64,000 nt of DNA, taken from assembly GCA_963825055.1 (NCBI GenBank), contig CAWGSK010000012.1, forward strand, positions 576,001 to 640,000, given 5' to 3'. Numbering within the stretch: the stretch's first letter is position 1; each line of letters starts with the position of its first letter. Below, piece after piece: positions 52,401 to 62,451 of this stretch. Both the position numbers and the translations under genes were made by a program. Source of the DNA: an uncultured Gemmatimonadales bacterium (GTDB lineage: Bacteria > Gemmatimonadota > Gemmatimonadetes > Gemmatimonadales > GWC2-71-9). The notes beneath the pieces are model-generated. The model had not been told where the DNA came from. It saw nothing but the letters and a program-made list of their open reading frames with translations, and did not search any database.

Positions 52401-54516
52401 CCACCTTGCGCATGTATTCCTCGAGTCGATCCGCCAGCGCCTCACGCCCTGGCGCATCCATCGGATCCCCCGGCGCGGGCCAGACCCCGGTCAACACCTG
52501 GTAGAAGTGGTACTCATCGTTGCGGTCGGGAAGAAGCAGGCCCTGGCGGCGCGGGGCGCGCACCAGCCGGCTCCACGCGCGGACAGCGGCGCTCCAGGCC
52601 TCCGGCATCTCGGACAGCACGCCGATCCGGACCCGGACGTCTTCGCCGCGTTTCATGTCATGGGTCGCGGTCGCGAGCATGGCGGCGGGCCAGTGCTCCC
52701 GGCGGCGCGCGCACGCCGCGTGGAACTCTCCGGGCGCCATGCTGAAACGGGCGGGCTCGCCACCCACCTCATTGAGCGAGACCAGGAGGTTGTAGCGGTA
52801 GAACGCGGTGTCCTCGATGCCCTTGGCCTGCACCGGTCCGGTGTACTGCTGGAACCGCCGCCGGAAATGGCGGCGCTCACGCGAGAGCGCGGTCGGTGCC
52901 ACTGCCTCGCGCGGCGGCAGCAGTACGCGTTCCAGGAACTGCAGGATGGAGGGCTCCATCGTGGGATTGCGCCGCCGGACCCCGGCGAGCGCGCGCGTGA
53001 CGGTCGCGCGGTCCTCCTCACTCGCCTCACCCCCCGCCACATAGGTCCGGTAGACCGGGAAGCATGCCACGAGCTCCTGCAGCACATCCCGGAGGCTGTT
53101 GAGGGTGAAGTCCCGCGTCCGCCGGTCCATCTCCGAGAGCCGGTTGAGGTCGTGGGCGAGGACATTCAGCTCACTCGCCATGGCATTGGCCATGATGTGC
53201 TTCTTGGCCGCGTACGCGACATCCGCGAAGGGGGCACGTTTCCCGGTGAACTGCCGGCAGATGCGCCAGAGCGGCGTTTCGCCCTCCGGCTCCACCAGGA
53301 CGGCCTGGACGTCGTTCAGGAAGTCGTACCCTGTCGTCCCCGCAACCGGCCACGCCACCGGCAAGGACTCGGCCGGGCCCAGCACCTTCTCGACCACGAT
53401 CCACGGGGCGCCCGATGTCAGGCGCATGGCGCCGCGGGATTCCCTCGACAGGCGATCCAGGTAGCCGGCCGGGTCGTACAGCCCGTCCACGTGGTCCACC
53501 CGGACCCCGGTGACGCCACCCGCCTCCATGAGGTCGAAGAGCCGGCGATGCACCGCATCGAACACGTGCGGTTCCTGCACGCGGAGGCCGCCAAGCTCGT
53601 TGATATCGAAGAAGCGCCGGTAATTGATCTCGTGGCTCGCCGTCCGCCAGTACGCCAGGCGCCAGTGCTGCCGCTGCAGCAGCCCGTGCAGGGCATCGAA
53701 GCTCCCCGGCTCACCCGCCCTGCCGTTCATCGCGGCGACCGCCTGTCTGATGCCGTCCATGAGGACGGGTTCGCGTGACGCCAGCGCGGCGAGACGAAGT
53801 CGCTCCGCTTCCGCCAGGGCCGCGCGGTCCTCCCGCCAGCGTTCTCCCTCCTCACCCCGGTCCGGCAGCGATCCAAGGCGGGCCATGATGCTCCGCAGTT
53901 CCGCCAGTTCCGGTGATCCCGCCCCCCGGACGGGCGCGAGGCGGTCGAGGGCGTGCACCAGGATGATGGGCCATGTGGCCGGGCTGACCGGGAGGTTCAG
54001 CGCGCCGTAGTGCAGCTGGAAGGCGCCGTCGTCGAAGTCGAGACGGAGGCCCCCGTCCTCCAGCACGTCGCCGTACGGCTTGCCGAGTACGGGCAGGAGC
54101 ACCTTCCCCGCGAGTTCGTCCTTGAGCGGATACCAGTCGATATCGAACGCCGAGGCCCATCGCGAAGCCGGCCCGTGCGCAAGCACGTCCCGCCACCACG
54201 TGTTCGCTCCCGGCTCGAGCCCGACATGGTTCGGGACGATGTCCGCGACGAGTCCCATCCCGTGCGACGCGAGCGCAGCCGCGAGCTGGTCGAATCCCTG
54301 ATCGCCCCCGAGCTCCGGATTGATCCGGCCGTGGTCTACCGTATCGTACCCGTGACGGCTGCCCGGGCGGGCCATGAAGAAGGGAGAGGTATAGAGATCG
54401 GTGATGCCGAGGGTGTGCAGATACGGTACGAGGGCCGCAGCTTCCGCGAAGCCAGCGTCCCGGTGGAGCTGCAGGCGGTAGGTGGCGAGAGGAATGCGGG
54501 CGGGGCGGTCAGCCAG
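49453..54516 (-). CDS. Single ORF: malto-oligosyltrehalose synthase TreY (about 54516-51650) fused in frame to glycogen debranching enzyme GlgX (51600-49453); start at CTG 54516 or ATG 54582
   Basis: Tre[54 protein letters not shown]; Glg[44 protein letters not shown]. Confidence 0.88.
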   Translation of the reverse strand: MADRPARIPLATYRLQLHRDAGFAEAAALVPYLHTLGITDLYTSPFFMARPGSRHGYDTVDHGRINPELGGDQGFDQLAAALASHGMGLVADIVPNHVGLEPGANTWWRDVLAHGPASRWASAFDIDWYPLKDELAGKVLLPVLGKPYGDVLEDGGLRLDFDDGAFQLHYGALNLPVSPATWPIILVHALDRLAPVRGAGSPELAELRSIMARLGSLPDRGEEGERWREDRAALAEAERLRLAALASREPVLMDGIRQAVAAMNGRAGEPGSFDALHGLLQRQHWRLAYWRTASHEINYRRFFDINELGGLRVQEPHVFDAVHRRLFDLMEAGGVTGVRVDHVDGLYDPAGYLDRLSRESRGAMRLTSGAPWIVVEKVLGPAESLPVAWPVAGTTGYDFLNDVQAVLVEPEGETPLWRICRQFTGKRAPFADVAYAAKKHIMANAMASELNVLAHDLNRLSEMDRRTRDFTLNSLRDVLQELVACFPVYRTYVAGGEASEEDRATVTRALAGVRRRNPTMEPSILQFLERVLLPPREAVAPTALSRERRHFRRRFQQYTGPVQAKGIEDTAFYRYNLLVSLNEVGGEPARFSMAPGEFHAACARRREHWPAAMLATATHDMKRGEDVRVRIGVLSEMPEAWSAAVRAWSRLVRAPRRQGLLLPDRNDEYHFYQVLTGVWPAPGDPMDAPGREALADRLEEYMRKVVREAKRHTSWASPGQEYEAGMTALVRACLTGPRSGRFLESFVPFQRRVADAGMVAGLSQVALRHLAPGVPDCYQGSELWDLRLVDPDNRRPVDFRRRQELLSHLDREAATDERFLEGLRRDRLDGRIKLWVHAVLLRLRSAMPGLFLEGTWEPLEVRGPMSRSLLAFARRHGDRVLVGAVPRLVAGHLAQGDAWPWDSGLWADTTIVLPQDWRDVRLKDVFAGLPLPVEGRERPGLPVDGPLDRFPLLAGTAVVPDGPRYPTGALPVMRTQPGTPYPLGATWDGLGVNFAIFSEHATAVELCLFDGPGAERESIRVPLVEQTDMVWHSRVLGVRPGQLYGYRVHGPWDPRHGHRFNPNKVVLDPYAKAIGRPLAWADEMFGYTVNGPDADLSMDERDNAPFAPLGAVVDTAFTWADDRAPATPWHETIIYELHVKGFTRLHPEVPEPLRGTYAGLASEPVIRHVRSLGVTAVELMPVHHHAIDRHLVDNGLTNYWGYNTLAFFAPDLRYAANPAPGEAVREFKSMVRAYHAAGIEVILDVVYNHTAEGSHLGPTLSLRGIDNAAYYRLSPREPRFYEDFTGTGNTLNMLNPRVLQLIMDSLRYWVLEMRVDGFRFDLASALARELFAVDKLSAFFDIIHQDPVLSQVKLIAEPWDVGEGGYQVGNFPVLWTEWNGKYRDNVRRFWRGDGGQMSEFATRLAGSSDLYSRSGRRPYASINFVTAHDGFTLQDLVSYNEKHNEANGEENRDGESNNLSWNSGVEGPTDDQAIQSLRQRQKRNFLATLLLSQGVPMLVAGDEMGRTQLGNNNAYCQDNPLSWIHWDLDKPDRDLLAFCRYVISLRRDHPVFRRRQFFQGRRIRGRDVQDLTWYEPDGREMTDRDWDTDYARALMVRLAGDSIEETDADGEPITDDTFLLLLNAGAETITFSIPPAGEGRAWERILDTGGLHWARRSARRGGRARVRGRSVMVFRTPSSPVSPEGSR

Positions 54517-54538
54517 GAGGGACTCCTCTGGATTGGTG

Positions 54539-54571
54539 AGTCGGCAGTCGGCAGTCGGCAGTCGGCAGTCG
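54539..54571. repeat. Tandem heptamer repeat (AGTCGGC)x4 + AGTCG
   Basis: Perfect copies read directly upstream of treY. Confidence 0.95.
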
Positions 54572-54708
54572 TCCCTAAACATGATATGTCGTCATCGATC
54601 ATGCTGTGACGAGTGGCACCAGCCCGGCCTGAAGCGCGCCGGCATCGTTCGCGGTGTCATCCGTGCCGCCGTGATTGTCAGTTCCCTCACGGGTGCTGCG
54701 CTTCCGCC

Positions 54709-57285
54709 CTAGTAATCAAAACCGAAGCTCACGTACAGGGCGGTGCGCTCCTCGTTGTTGGCCAGGGAGATGGTGAGGTTGTTCTGGGGATTGATGAACC
54801 CGAGCGACACGCCGCCGCCGAAGGCCGTGTGCCAGGTATCGGACCGCTCGCCATCGGCAAACACGCGCCCGACATCGCCAAAGCCGAACAGCATGAGCCG
54901 GACCGGGAAGATGTACAGTGGTACGCGGCCGACCGGAACGCGGAGCTCGGCGTTGCCGTAGAGTGATCCCTCGCCGGCAAACCGGTCCTGGGCGTAACTC
55001 CGGAGGTTGCCGACCCCGCCGAGGTAGGCCGCATCGTAGAACGGGAACTCCCCCCACACGCGCCGTCCGCCGGCGCGGAGGGCGATGACGGGCGCCATCG
55101 GCACCGGCAGCGCATGGTAAGCCCGCGCCTCAGCGGTCAACGCCCCGTAGGCGGCGTCGAGATCCCAGACGGCGGGATAGTACTCTCCCGTGAAGGCGAG
55201 GACGGTGCCGGAGGCGGCGTAGTGCGGCGACTCGCGGGTATCTCTGCGGGCTCGGAGCTCGACACCGGCCTGGCCGACCGACCCCAGCCCCGCGGCGCCC
55301 AGCATGGCGAGCCGCCCGGCATCATCAGAGACCGTCCCGTAGCGGACGACGGGGCCCACCGAGAACTCCGTCCAGGGCTTCGGATTGTACGCCAGCGCCA
55401 TGTGCAGGCGGTATTCGCCGCGGTCCACGCGCCACTCCGGTCCATCGCCGCCCGCCGTCGCGTTGCCGAAGCCGTAGAAGCGCAGGACACCCAGCTCCGA
55501 CCAGGCACCCTCCATGCGCAGGTGCCAGCCGCTGGACTCCTGGCGCACGTCCCCCTCCAGGTTCACTCCCGATGCGTCATACCCCGCTGCATGCTGGTAA
55601 CGAAGCTCCCAGTCGCTGGAATAGGGACGCTTGCGGAAGCCCCCCTTCTGGTAGCGCGCCCCCAGGGTGTACACGACACCCAGGTCATCCTCGAAGGCCA
55701 GGTTGACCAGCGGTCCAACGTACCCCCCGTGATCTGGTGGAGGAGGGACCAGGGAATCCCGCCCCGGGACGAGCGGCCGGCGGTCGAGCGAATCAGGCGG
55801 ACCGTACTCGATGCCACGGGTGGGACCCTCGTCGTAGAGCCGTATGTATCCCTCCGGCCGCGAGTCCACCAGGTGGTTGTCGCCGTTCCCGCCGATTACA
55901 CGGACCACGATCGGCGAATGCCGGGCACCCGCGATGGTGGCGGAGTCGTCGCCGCCGTGCAGGTAGACCCGGAGCTGAGAAGTCTCTTCCGGGTGGAAGG
56001 TGCGGTGAAACCACCTCCCCACCCCGCTGCTGTCTCGCGCGTCGGCCAGTGACAGCGTCACCGACCCGTCGCCGGCGTATTCCACCCGGGCTCTCTCTGC
56101 CGCGTCGGTGGCATGAATGTCCACCACGCCCGCCAGGGACCGGTAGAATTTTGCGGCAATGTCGGGCAGGCCCGTCCTGCGGGCGCGGAGCTTCCCGGCC
56201 AGCCGGGCGGTGTCGGCCACGGAATAGCTGGGCGGCAGCTGTGCCACCGCCCGGCTGATCACGCGGTCGTCCAGGCGTGCCTGCAGCGCCCGGGCGACAG
56301 AATCGAACACCGGGCGTTCCAGGCCGGAGAGGAGCCGCCGGTCGAGCATGACACTGTTCAGCGTCAGGCCCTTGAGCGAGGGGTACGTGGAGTCGAATGC
56401 GATCAGCTTCGGTACGACGAACCGGCCGACCGAAATCAGGAAGCCGTCGAAATGGACGAAGGCCTGGTCCCGGTCCCGCGGGATGGGAACCCACCGCAGG
56501 TGGTCGCCGGCGGGCCGCCGGATCCATCGCCACTGGTCGGCGTGACGGTCCCAGTCGTTGATCCACATGTCGAACAACCGCGCCATGAGATACGTGCGCG
56601 CGTCCACCTGGTGTTCCGGATCCTCGTTCAGGCGCTCGAACAGCTCCTCGGTCCCCACGATCTTTCGCGCGCCGCGGAAGCCGGGCGTGTCGTCTGGCCC
56701 CTCGTCCGGCCGTTGCTCGATCAGGCCCAGCATGCCGGCGAAGCGCTCCCGGAACTCACCCAGCCGGGGGTCGTCCGGCATCACGCGCAGCCGCGGATTC
56801 ACGTGGGGGATGCCAGTGGCGTCAAGCAGCTCGCCAACCACGAGCCCGCCGAGCGGGTACATCGAGCTCACCTCGTCCTGGAAGAGGCGGTGCACCAGGC
56901 TGCCGCGCAGGTCCGCCGGGACGATGGTGGTCAGGTCCTTGTCCACCGACCGGAACACGAACTCCTGCCCCTCTGCATTCTCGAAATGGAGGGAACTGGT
57001 CTGCATCCCGCCGCCAACCTCGGTGGGAGTGAGGCCGCCGCCAAAGGTGGCGAGGTCGAGCACTGCCACGCGCACCGGCGTGTCCCAGGCGCGCCGATGA
57101 TTGCCGCCGAAGAGGAACCGGTGGAAACCGCCTGCCCGGTACCGGGCCCCGGGCACGATGGTGACGGAATCCGCTCCCGGCGGCGGGGGCTCATGTCCCT
57201 GGAGACGGTCCTGGGCGGCAAGCAGAGCCGGCAGGCACGCCAGTGACGCGGCGAGCAGGGACACAGGCAACGAGGGCACGGTCAT
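54709..57285 (-). CDS. Omp85/BamA-TamA-type outer-membrane barrel protein with N-terminal kinase-like region (858 aa)
   Basis: Signal peptide from ATG 57285 (ATGA overlap); C-terminal amphipathic strands, LRSY..RFAG loop, terminal YVSFGFDY; DWDRH..QW and PRDRDQAF motifs. Confidence 0.8.
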   Translation of the reverse strand: MTVPSLPVSLLAASLACLPALLAAQDRLQGHEPPPPGADSVTIVPGARYRAGGFHRFLFGGNHRRAWDTPVRVAVLDLATFGGGLTPTEVGGGMQTSSLHFENAEGQEFVFRSVDKDLTTIVPADLRGSLVHRLFQDEVSSMYPLGGLVVGELLDATGIPHVNPRLRVMPDDPRLGEFRERFAGMLGLIEQRPDEGPDDTPGFRGARKIVGTEELFERLNEDPEHQVDARTYLMARLFDMWINDWDRHADQWRWIRRPAGDHLRWVPIPRDRDQAFVHFDGFLISVGRFVVPKLIAFDSTYPSLKGLTLNSVMLDRRLLSGLERPVFDSVARALQARLDDRVISRAVAQLPPSYSVADTARLAGKLRARRTGLPDIAAKFYRSLAGVVDIHATDAAERARVEYAGDGSVTLSLADARDSSGVGRWFHRTFHPEETSQLRVYLHGGDDSATIAGARHSPIVVRVIGGNGDNHLVDSRPEGYIRLYDEGPTRGIEYGPPDSLDRRPLVPGRDSLVPPPPDHGGYVGPLVNLAFEDDLGVVYTLGARYQKGGFRKRPYSSDWELRYQHAAGYDASGVNLEGDVRQESSGWHLRMEGAWSELGVLRFYGFGNATAGGDGPEWRVDRGEYRLHMALAYNPKPWTEFSVGPVVRYGTVSDDAGRLAMLGAAGLGSVGQAGVELRARRDTRESPHYAASGTVLAFTGEYYPAVWDLDAAYGALTAEARAYHALPVPMAPVIALRAGGRRVWGEFPFYDAAYLGGVGNLRSYAQDRFAGEGSLYGNAELRVPVGRVPLYIFPVRLMLFGFGDVGRVFADGERSDTWHTAFGGGVSLGFINPQNNLTISLANNEERTALYVSFGFDY

Positions 57286-58436
57286 TCGAGGTAGCTCGAG
57301 AAGGCCTCGGTCCCCCTGCCCTCGGCGTTCACGGTGACCACGCCGAGGCGGACCCGGCCGTCGTGAAAGATGTCGAGCCGCATGAATCCCGACTCGGCCG
57401 CTGCGTATTTCGTGTCCGAGCCATACTGGACCGCGGACACGTGACCGTAGTAGCCGGTGCCGCTCACCAGCAGGTGGCGGGCGTTCGAACCCGCCAGGAC
57501 CTGGAGATCGTGGTCGTGGCCGCTGGCGTAGACCAGCGGTTTGTACTTGTCGAACACCTGCTCGAGCGCGTGCCGCATCTCGCGGTTCGCGGGGCCGGAG
57601 ATGTCCTGCTCGCTGACGCCCCGTTGCCGCGCCATGGGCATGGCCGAGCCGAGGATGGGCAGTGGGATCCAGAGCCACTTCCGGAACCGGCGGAGGGGGA
57701 AGATCTGGTCGGTCAACGGGAAATACCCGCCGTGGGTTCCCCCGCTCTCGAGTGGATGGTGGCCCACGACCACGACGGCGCGATCCCCCGCCCCGGCGAG
57801 ATCGGCCGCGAGTGAGTCCAGCACCTCCTGCGGCTCGTCGGCGCTGCAGGGGTTGGGGAATTCGGGAGAGGGCTTCTGCCACTTGTGCAGCCACCACTGG
57901 GTGTCGAGCAGCACCAGCCTGAGGCGCAGGCGGATATCCACGGCCACGGGCCCGGGACATCCGCTGGAGGGAAGCAACTGGGCCAGGGTGTCACCCGCGA
58001 CCGTGATGATGGAATCCTCGCGGAGGATGGCGTTCCATCCGTCAGCGCCCATGTAGGCCCAGTCGTGATTGCCGGGGATGAAGATCGCAGGTGTCCCGGT
58101 GGTCGTTGCCACCCGCACCTGGCGCAGCAGGCGGCGCTCAGCCTCGTCGCGGTCGAGCGCGTCCGCGGCCGGAATCCCCCGTGGGTACACGTTGTCGCCG
58201 AGGAAGACAATCTCGGCCTTGTCCTTCATGGCGGTGGCCTGGCGGGCCAGTTCCTGAAGGACCGGGTCGTTCTCGGCCGGCGCGCCGGCATCGCCGACCA
58301 GGAAGAGGGTGGTCTCGACCTCGTCGGGCAGCGCGGCCACGACCGGCGGCGTAGCAGCCGGCGGGTGCCCTGCGCATGCCGCCACCGGCAGCAGCAGGAG
58401 GACGGCACCCCACTTCCAGTACTGCCCCATCACCAT
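57282..58436 (-). CDS. Calcineurin-like metallophosphoesterase, probable lipoprotein
   Basis: VGDAG, LGDNVY, PGNHDW, GHHP, SGHDH; lipobox-like VAAC. Confidence 0.9.
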   Translation of the reverse strand: MVMGQYWKWGAVLLLLPVAACAGHPPAATPPVVAALPDEVETTLFLVGDAGAPAENDPVLQELARQATAMKDKAEIVFLGDNVYPRGIPAADALDRDEAERRLLRQVRVATTTGTPAIFIPGNHDWAYMGADGWNAILREDSIITVAGDTLAQLLPSSGCPGPVAVDIRLRLRLVLLDTQWWLHKWQKPSPEFPNPCSADEPQEVLDSLAADLAGAGDRAVVVVGHHPLESGGTHGGYFPLTDQIFPLRRFRKWLWIPLPILGSAMPMARQRGVSEQDISGPANREMRHALEQVFDKYKPLVYASGHDHDLQVLAGSNARHLLVSGTGYYGHVSAVQYGSDTKYAAAESGFMRLDIFHDGRVRLGVVTVNAEGRGTEAFSSYLE

Positions 58437-59374
58437 TCGCGGTAGACCGTCACCATGGCCGGAGTCTTCGTGGCCTCGTCGGAGAGGATGAGGAGGCCAT
58501 CCGGCGTAATGGCGATGCCTTCGGTCTGGCGGTGCTCCTTCGGCAGCTTCCAGACCCGGAGCACCTTTCCCTCGGGCGTCACAATGGCCATCAGTTCGTC
58601 GATGCCGTCCACCATCACGTAGTTGCCCGTCCGGGGGTCCACCTCGATGCCCGACGGATGGAACTCATCGTGATCTTCGCCCTTGAAGGCCGCGAGGGGA
58701 ATGCGCATTCGCGAGAGCCGGCGGCCCACGCCCGCCCCCAGCTGCCACCGGTAGATGACGACGTGACCCTCGAGTTCCTTCCCGTGGGTGTTCTTGCATG
58801 CAAGCAGCAGCGACTCGATGGCGGGCGCGTAGGCCAGTCCCTCCATCTCGCATTCCTTGCCGAGCCGTGTGTCGCGGATGGTGAACGTGACATGCTCGCC
58901 CTCGTCCCCCTCGGACATCTCGTAGAGCTCGGCGTTGCTGGCCAGCAGGTAGACCCGGCCGCGCGCCACCGCGATCCCCTCGAAATCCTCGTGCAGCATG
59001 TGGTTGCCCACCAGGAACTGCTTGAGAACGACGCCCTGGCGATAGTCGATCTCGTAGACAATGCCGCGCTCGTCGTCATGGGTCAGCAGGCGGTCGTCCG
59101 GCGTGAGGGCGAGCCCGCTGATTTCGTTGAGCAGGTCGGGCATCATCCAGCGCGCGATCGGCGCCCCGAGGCCATCGTGCTTCAGTACCCGGGCCGTGTC
59201 TCCCCCGGCGCTGTCACCGGGCGTGGCCGCCTGCCCCGAAAGGCTGTCGAACCGGGTTGCTCTCGCGCTCAGTTCGCCGTGGTTCACCGCGGCCACGGCG
59301 GGTCCCCGCTCGCGGCAGGCACCGGCCAGGAGCGACGGCAGGACCAGAAGCAGTGCGATCCGTCGTTCAGGCAT
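58430..59374 (-). CDS. SdiA-regulated/YjiK-like beta-propeller protein, probable lipoprotein
   Basis: Repeated EISGL, DFEGI, EMEGL, PSGI, TEGI..SDE blades; lipobox-like AGAC. Confidence 0.75.
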   Translation of the reverse strand: MPERRIALLLVLPSLLAGACRERGPAVAAVNHGELSARATRFDSLSGQAATPGDSAGGDTARVLKHDGLGAPIARWMMPDLLNEISGLALTPDDRLLTHDDERGIVYEIDYRQGVVLKQFLVGNHMLHEDFEGIAVARGRVYLLASNAELYEMSEGDEGEHVTFTIRDTRLGKECEMEGLAYAPAIESLLLACKNTHGKELEGHVVIYRWQLGAGVGRRLSRMRIPLAAFKGEDHDEFHPSGIEVDPRTGNYVMVDGIDELMAIVTPEGKVLRVWKLPKEHRQTEGIAITPDGLLILSDEATKTPAMVTVYREW

Positions 59375-60446
59375 GGGCCAGTGCATCGGAGAGGATGACC
59401 TCCGCGTCTTCAACCCGGTTCCCCACTTCGGCCCGGATGGCCGTCAGCACCTCATCCGCCGGGGTCTTCCTGCGGAGCCGGATCAGGTAATACAGTTCCG
59501 AGGGCTTCCCCTCATTGGTGATCACCTCGTCGAGGCGCCATCGCTTGGTCGTGCCGTCCAGGATGTCCTCTGCGCCCTTCTGCACGTCCGCGATGTCCTG
59601 TGTCGTCATCCAGAGCACGGCGTTGTAGCGCGATTTCTTCTTGCCGCTCGAGCCGATGATCTTGCGGAGCCGCTCGAATCGGTCGGCCAGAGCGTTGGCC
59701 TCCTTGCGGGTGAGCGAGAGCACGAGGTCGCGGTCAGGCACGGCCTGGCCGCCGTTCCCCGTGGCGAGGGCCGAAAGGGGCTCGGTCCAGGTCGCGGAGG
59801 GCCGGGGCTCCAGCACGCTCCGGCCAAAGTCCGTCCGCCAGATGGTCAGGAGCGTGAAGTTGAACACCATGGAAAGCAGGAAGCCCACCGTGGGCGCCTG
59901 GACGCCGGCGGAAAGGCCAACGCCGATCGCCAGAAAAATGAAGACCGCGTCCCGCGGGTCCTTGAGCGTGTTCCGAAAGCGCACCCCGGCCACGATGCCT
60001 GCCAGGCTGAAGGCCAGGGCGAGGCTGTTCCGCACGATCAGCACGATTCCCGAAACCACGATGGGCAGGATGATCAGCGTCTGCACGACGGACTGGCTGT
60101 AGCCGCGGACCTTCCAGGCGGACATGTAGACCCAGGCGACCGGCAGCATCAGGAGCAGCGTGCCCAGCATCATCGTGCTGGCCACGATGATGAGGTTCAG
60201 CCGGTCCGGCAGCTCCAGCTGCGGGGACGTGAACGTATCGAGATTGAGTCCGTCCTCCAGCACGCGAGGCGTGCTGGTGAGCTGCTCGAGGCGCTCCCCG
60301 GAGAACATGACCCCGGTTTCCGGGACCAGCATCACGAGGGCCGTCGTAATTCCGACGAGCACCACGTAATAGGCCAGCAGCCGCCGCACGGGCGACTGGG
60401 ATCCTATCGCGGCGAAGTCGATCAGCCTTGTCAGGAAACGCATCAC
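59367..60446 (-). CDS. DUF4956 domain membrane protein
   Basis: NSLALAFSLAGIVAGVRFRNTLKDPRDAVFIFLAIGVG; multiple TMs. Confidence 0.8.
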   Translation of the reverse strand: MMRFLTRLIDFAAIGSQSPVRRLLAYYVVLVGITTALVMLVPETGVMFSGERLEQLTSTPRVLEDGLNLDTFTSPQLELPDRLNLIIVASTMMLGTLLLMLPVAWVYMSAWKVRGYSQSVVQTLIILPIVVSGIVLIVRNSLALAFSLAGIVAGVRFRNTLKDPRDAVFIFLAIGVGLSAGVQAPTVGFLLSMVFNFTLLTIWRTDFGRSVLEPRPSATWTEPLSALATGNGGQAVPDRDLVLSLTRKEANALADRFERLRKIIGSSGKKKSRYNAVLWMTTQDIADVQKGAEDILDGTTKRWRLDEVITNEGKPSELYYLIRLRRKTPADEVLTAIRAEVGNRVEDAEVILSDALAHA

Positions 60447-60585
60447 TGCTCCCTACAGGAACACCCGACATCGGCCGGGCGTTGCAAGTTGTTTCGAGTC
60501 ACCGACTTGGAGAGCGCATCTCAAGTATCTGCACAAACGTAGCAGGGAGATCCTCCGGGGTCTGTGACGCGCCGCACCCGCCGGC

Positions 60586-60852
60586 TCAGTCCCGACCGCG
60601 GCGGCCCCCGGCGGGGGAGATGTCGATCACCACCGCGATGACGAGGATGATGATCTGCATCGGGCCCCACGTTCCGCCGTACCAGTTGTGGACAGCCGTG
60701 TACCACAGGAGAGTGGTGGGCAGGAAGAGGAACCCAAGCACCAGCCAGAGCACGTTGGCGAAGATGCCCTGGAACCAGGAGGTGAACAGCCAGAGCAGGA
60801 CCACAACGACGCGTGGGGCGAGAAGCGCGATCAGGGCGAAGAGGCATGGCAT
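60586..60852 (-). CDS. Small hydrophobic membrane protein (88 aa)
   Basis: GGAGG RBS; MPCLFALIALLAPR..LGFLFLPTTLLWY; three TM segments. Confidence 0.75.
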   Translation of the reverse strand: MPCLFALIALLAPRVVVVLLWLFTSWFQGIFANVLWLVLGFLFLPTTLLWYTAVHNWYGGTWGPMQIIILVIAVVIDISPAGGRRGRD

Positions 60853-61007
60853 GGGACGCGACCTCCGGCAGGGGATGGGAGTCGGCAGGGCTGGTCAGTC
60901 GACCGCCCGGGCGATGGTCGAGAGCAGCGCGTTTTCGGGTTGCCGCGAATCCAGACGGGAACGCTGGACCACCCCATGGAGTCCGGCGCGGTTTCCCATT
61001 GATCCTC

Positions 61008-62378
61008 CTACGGAATCGGCAAACCCGGCGGCGACGGATAGAACGCGAGGCTCTCCGGGAAGCTGAGGTCGGTACTGGCGAACAGGTTTGGGGAAAGCGC
61101 TCCTCCGGATGTGAGCCGGTCGAGTCCGGTGGGCTGTGCCGTGATCCAGAGATTCCCCTGCGCATCGAATGCGGCGTGGTCGCTCTGGGAGGCATGCCCG
61201 GTCGTGTCGAGGCGCTGCGCCGGGGCGAGCCCTTCCTGGCGCCCGCTGAGGGCCTGCTGGGCTGCATCGTACTTCCGGAGCCCCCCGCCAACCACAGTAA
61301 GGTCGCCCGCATTGTCAAACGCGAGGCCCGAAAGGCCGGTGAGCGCGATGCTGCCGGTGTCACCGGCGATCACCAGACGGGAGCCAACGGCCGTGGCGGA
61401 GGCGCCGAGGTCCGCGCTGGCCAGTTCGACGATGGCACGATCCCCCGGGAGGCCCTGCGGATCGTCACCGATGATCCAGAGGTTGCCGGTACCATCGAAC
61501 GCGAGCGCGCGCGGGGCGACGATGTCCGGACCCTGCAGCACGACGGAAGGCGTGCGCGTCCGTGGCGTGCTGCCCGGAGCCACGAGCAATCCTGCGACCT
61601 GGTCCGCGGAGAACATCACGATCGCATCACCGCCGGCGGCGGCGATCCACAGGTTTCCGGAGGCGTCAAAGGCGAGCGCCGCGGGACGGTCAAGCGCCGT
61701 TCCCGTGAGCACGATGACCGGGTCCGGCGTGCCAGAGCTGCCGAGGTCGCCGGGCGCGAACGCGAGCACCCGGCCGGGCGTCCCCTGCCCTACCGGATCC
61801 GCCATCCAGAGGTTGCCCATGTCGTCAAAGGCAAGCCCGGGCCCCGTGGCGCTGTCATCGGTGGCGGCATCGAAATCGAGCACGACATCCGCCGCCGCGG
61901 TGCCACCCGAGGCCAGGCTGGTTGTCGGGAATGCCGCCACCGTCTGTCGTCCGGCGTTCGAGACCCACGCCTTTCCGCTGGCCGGTTGCCGCACGTATCC
62001 CACCGGGATGGTCGCCGTCGACGCGAGGGGGACGCACGCATGCCGCACCGTTCGTGCGCTGGCCCCCCACGCCGTGCCGGTCAGCGCCCCCGCTGCAGCG
62101 GGCTGCACCGTCCGGCGGATGCGAAGTTCGTATTGACCTGCGGGAATCGCGGTGAACGTCTGGGTCGCCGTCACGGTACGCGCGAACCCGGCGGGCCCCG
62201 TCACCCGGACGTCCGCCGTGACACCGGCGGGCATGCTCACCGTCACATCGAGGTTTCCTGTTCCCCCGGTGGCGCACCCGGCCGGTCCCGTGCTGCCTCC
62301 ACCCTGGCTGCCGCAGGCGGCGAGCGCCAGCAGGATGGCGGGAGCCGACCCCAGATGGCGGAGCAGTGGTACGCGCAT
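61008..62378 (-). CDS. Lipoprotein with Ig-like N-domain and NHL-like beta-propeller
   Basis: Lipobox LAAC; about six LAFD..GNLW repeats. Confidence 0.8.
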   Translation of the reverse strand: MRVPLLRHLGSAPAILLALAACGSQGGGSTGPAGCATGGTGNLDVTVSMPAGVTADVRVTGPAGFARTVTATQTFTAIPAGQYELRIRRTVQPAAAGALTGTAWGASARTVRHACVPLASTATIPVGYVRQPASGKAWVSNAGRQTVAAFPTTSLASGGTAAADVVLDFDAATDDSATGPGLAFDDMGNLWMADPVGQGTPGRVLAFAPGDLGSSGTPDPVIVLTGTALDRPAALAFDASGNLWIAAAGGDAIVMFSADQVAGLLVAPGSTPRTRTPSVVLQGPDIVAPRALAFDGTGNLWIIGDDPQGLPGDRAIVELASADLGASATAVGSRLVIAGDTGSIALTGLSGLAFDNAGDLTVVGGGLRKYDAAQQALSGRQEGLAPAQRLDTTGHASQSDHAAFDAQGNLWITAQPTGLDRLTSGGALSPNLFASTDLSFPESLAFYPSPPGLPIP

Positions 62379-62451
62379 GACAGCCTCACGGTAGCGGGGA
62401 AACCTCTGCCTCCATGAAGCGGGCCGCGGCGGTTCCGTGCCGTGACCCGAC

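Noticed and set aside
54539..54571. CRISPR or mobile-element interpretation of the repeat
   Set aside because: 7-nt units without spacers; no cas or transposase genes in the window
57286..57960. N-terminal 225 aa of the 1083-aa ORF 54709..57960
   Set aside because: Overlaps the metallophosphoesterase in another frame; the likely start is ATG 57285 with a signal peptide and an ATGA overlap
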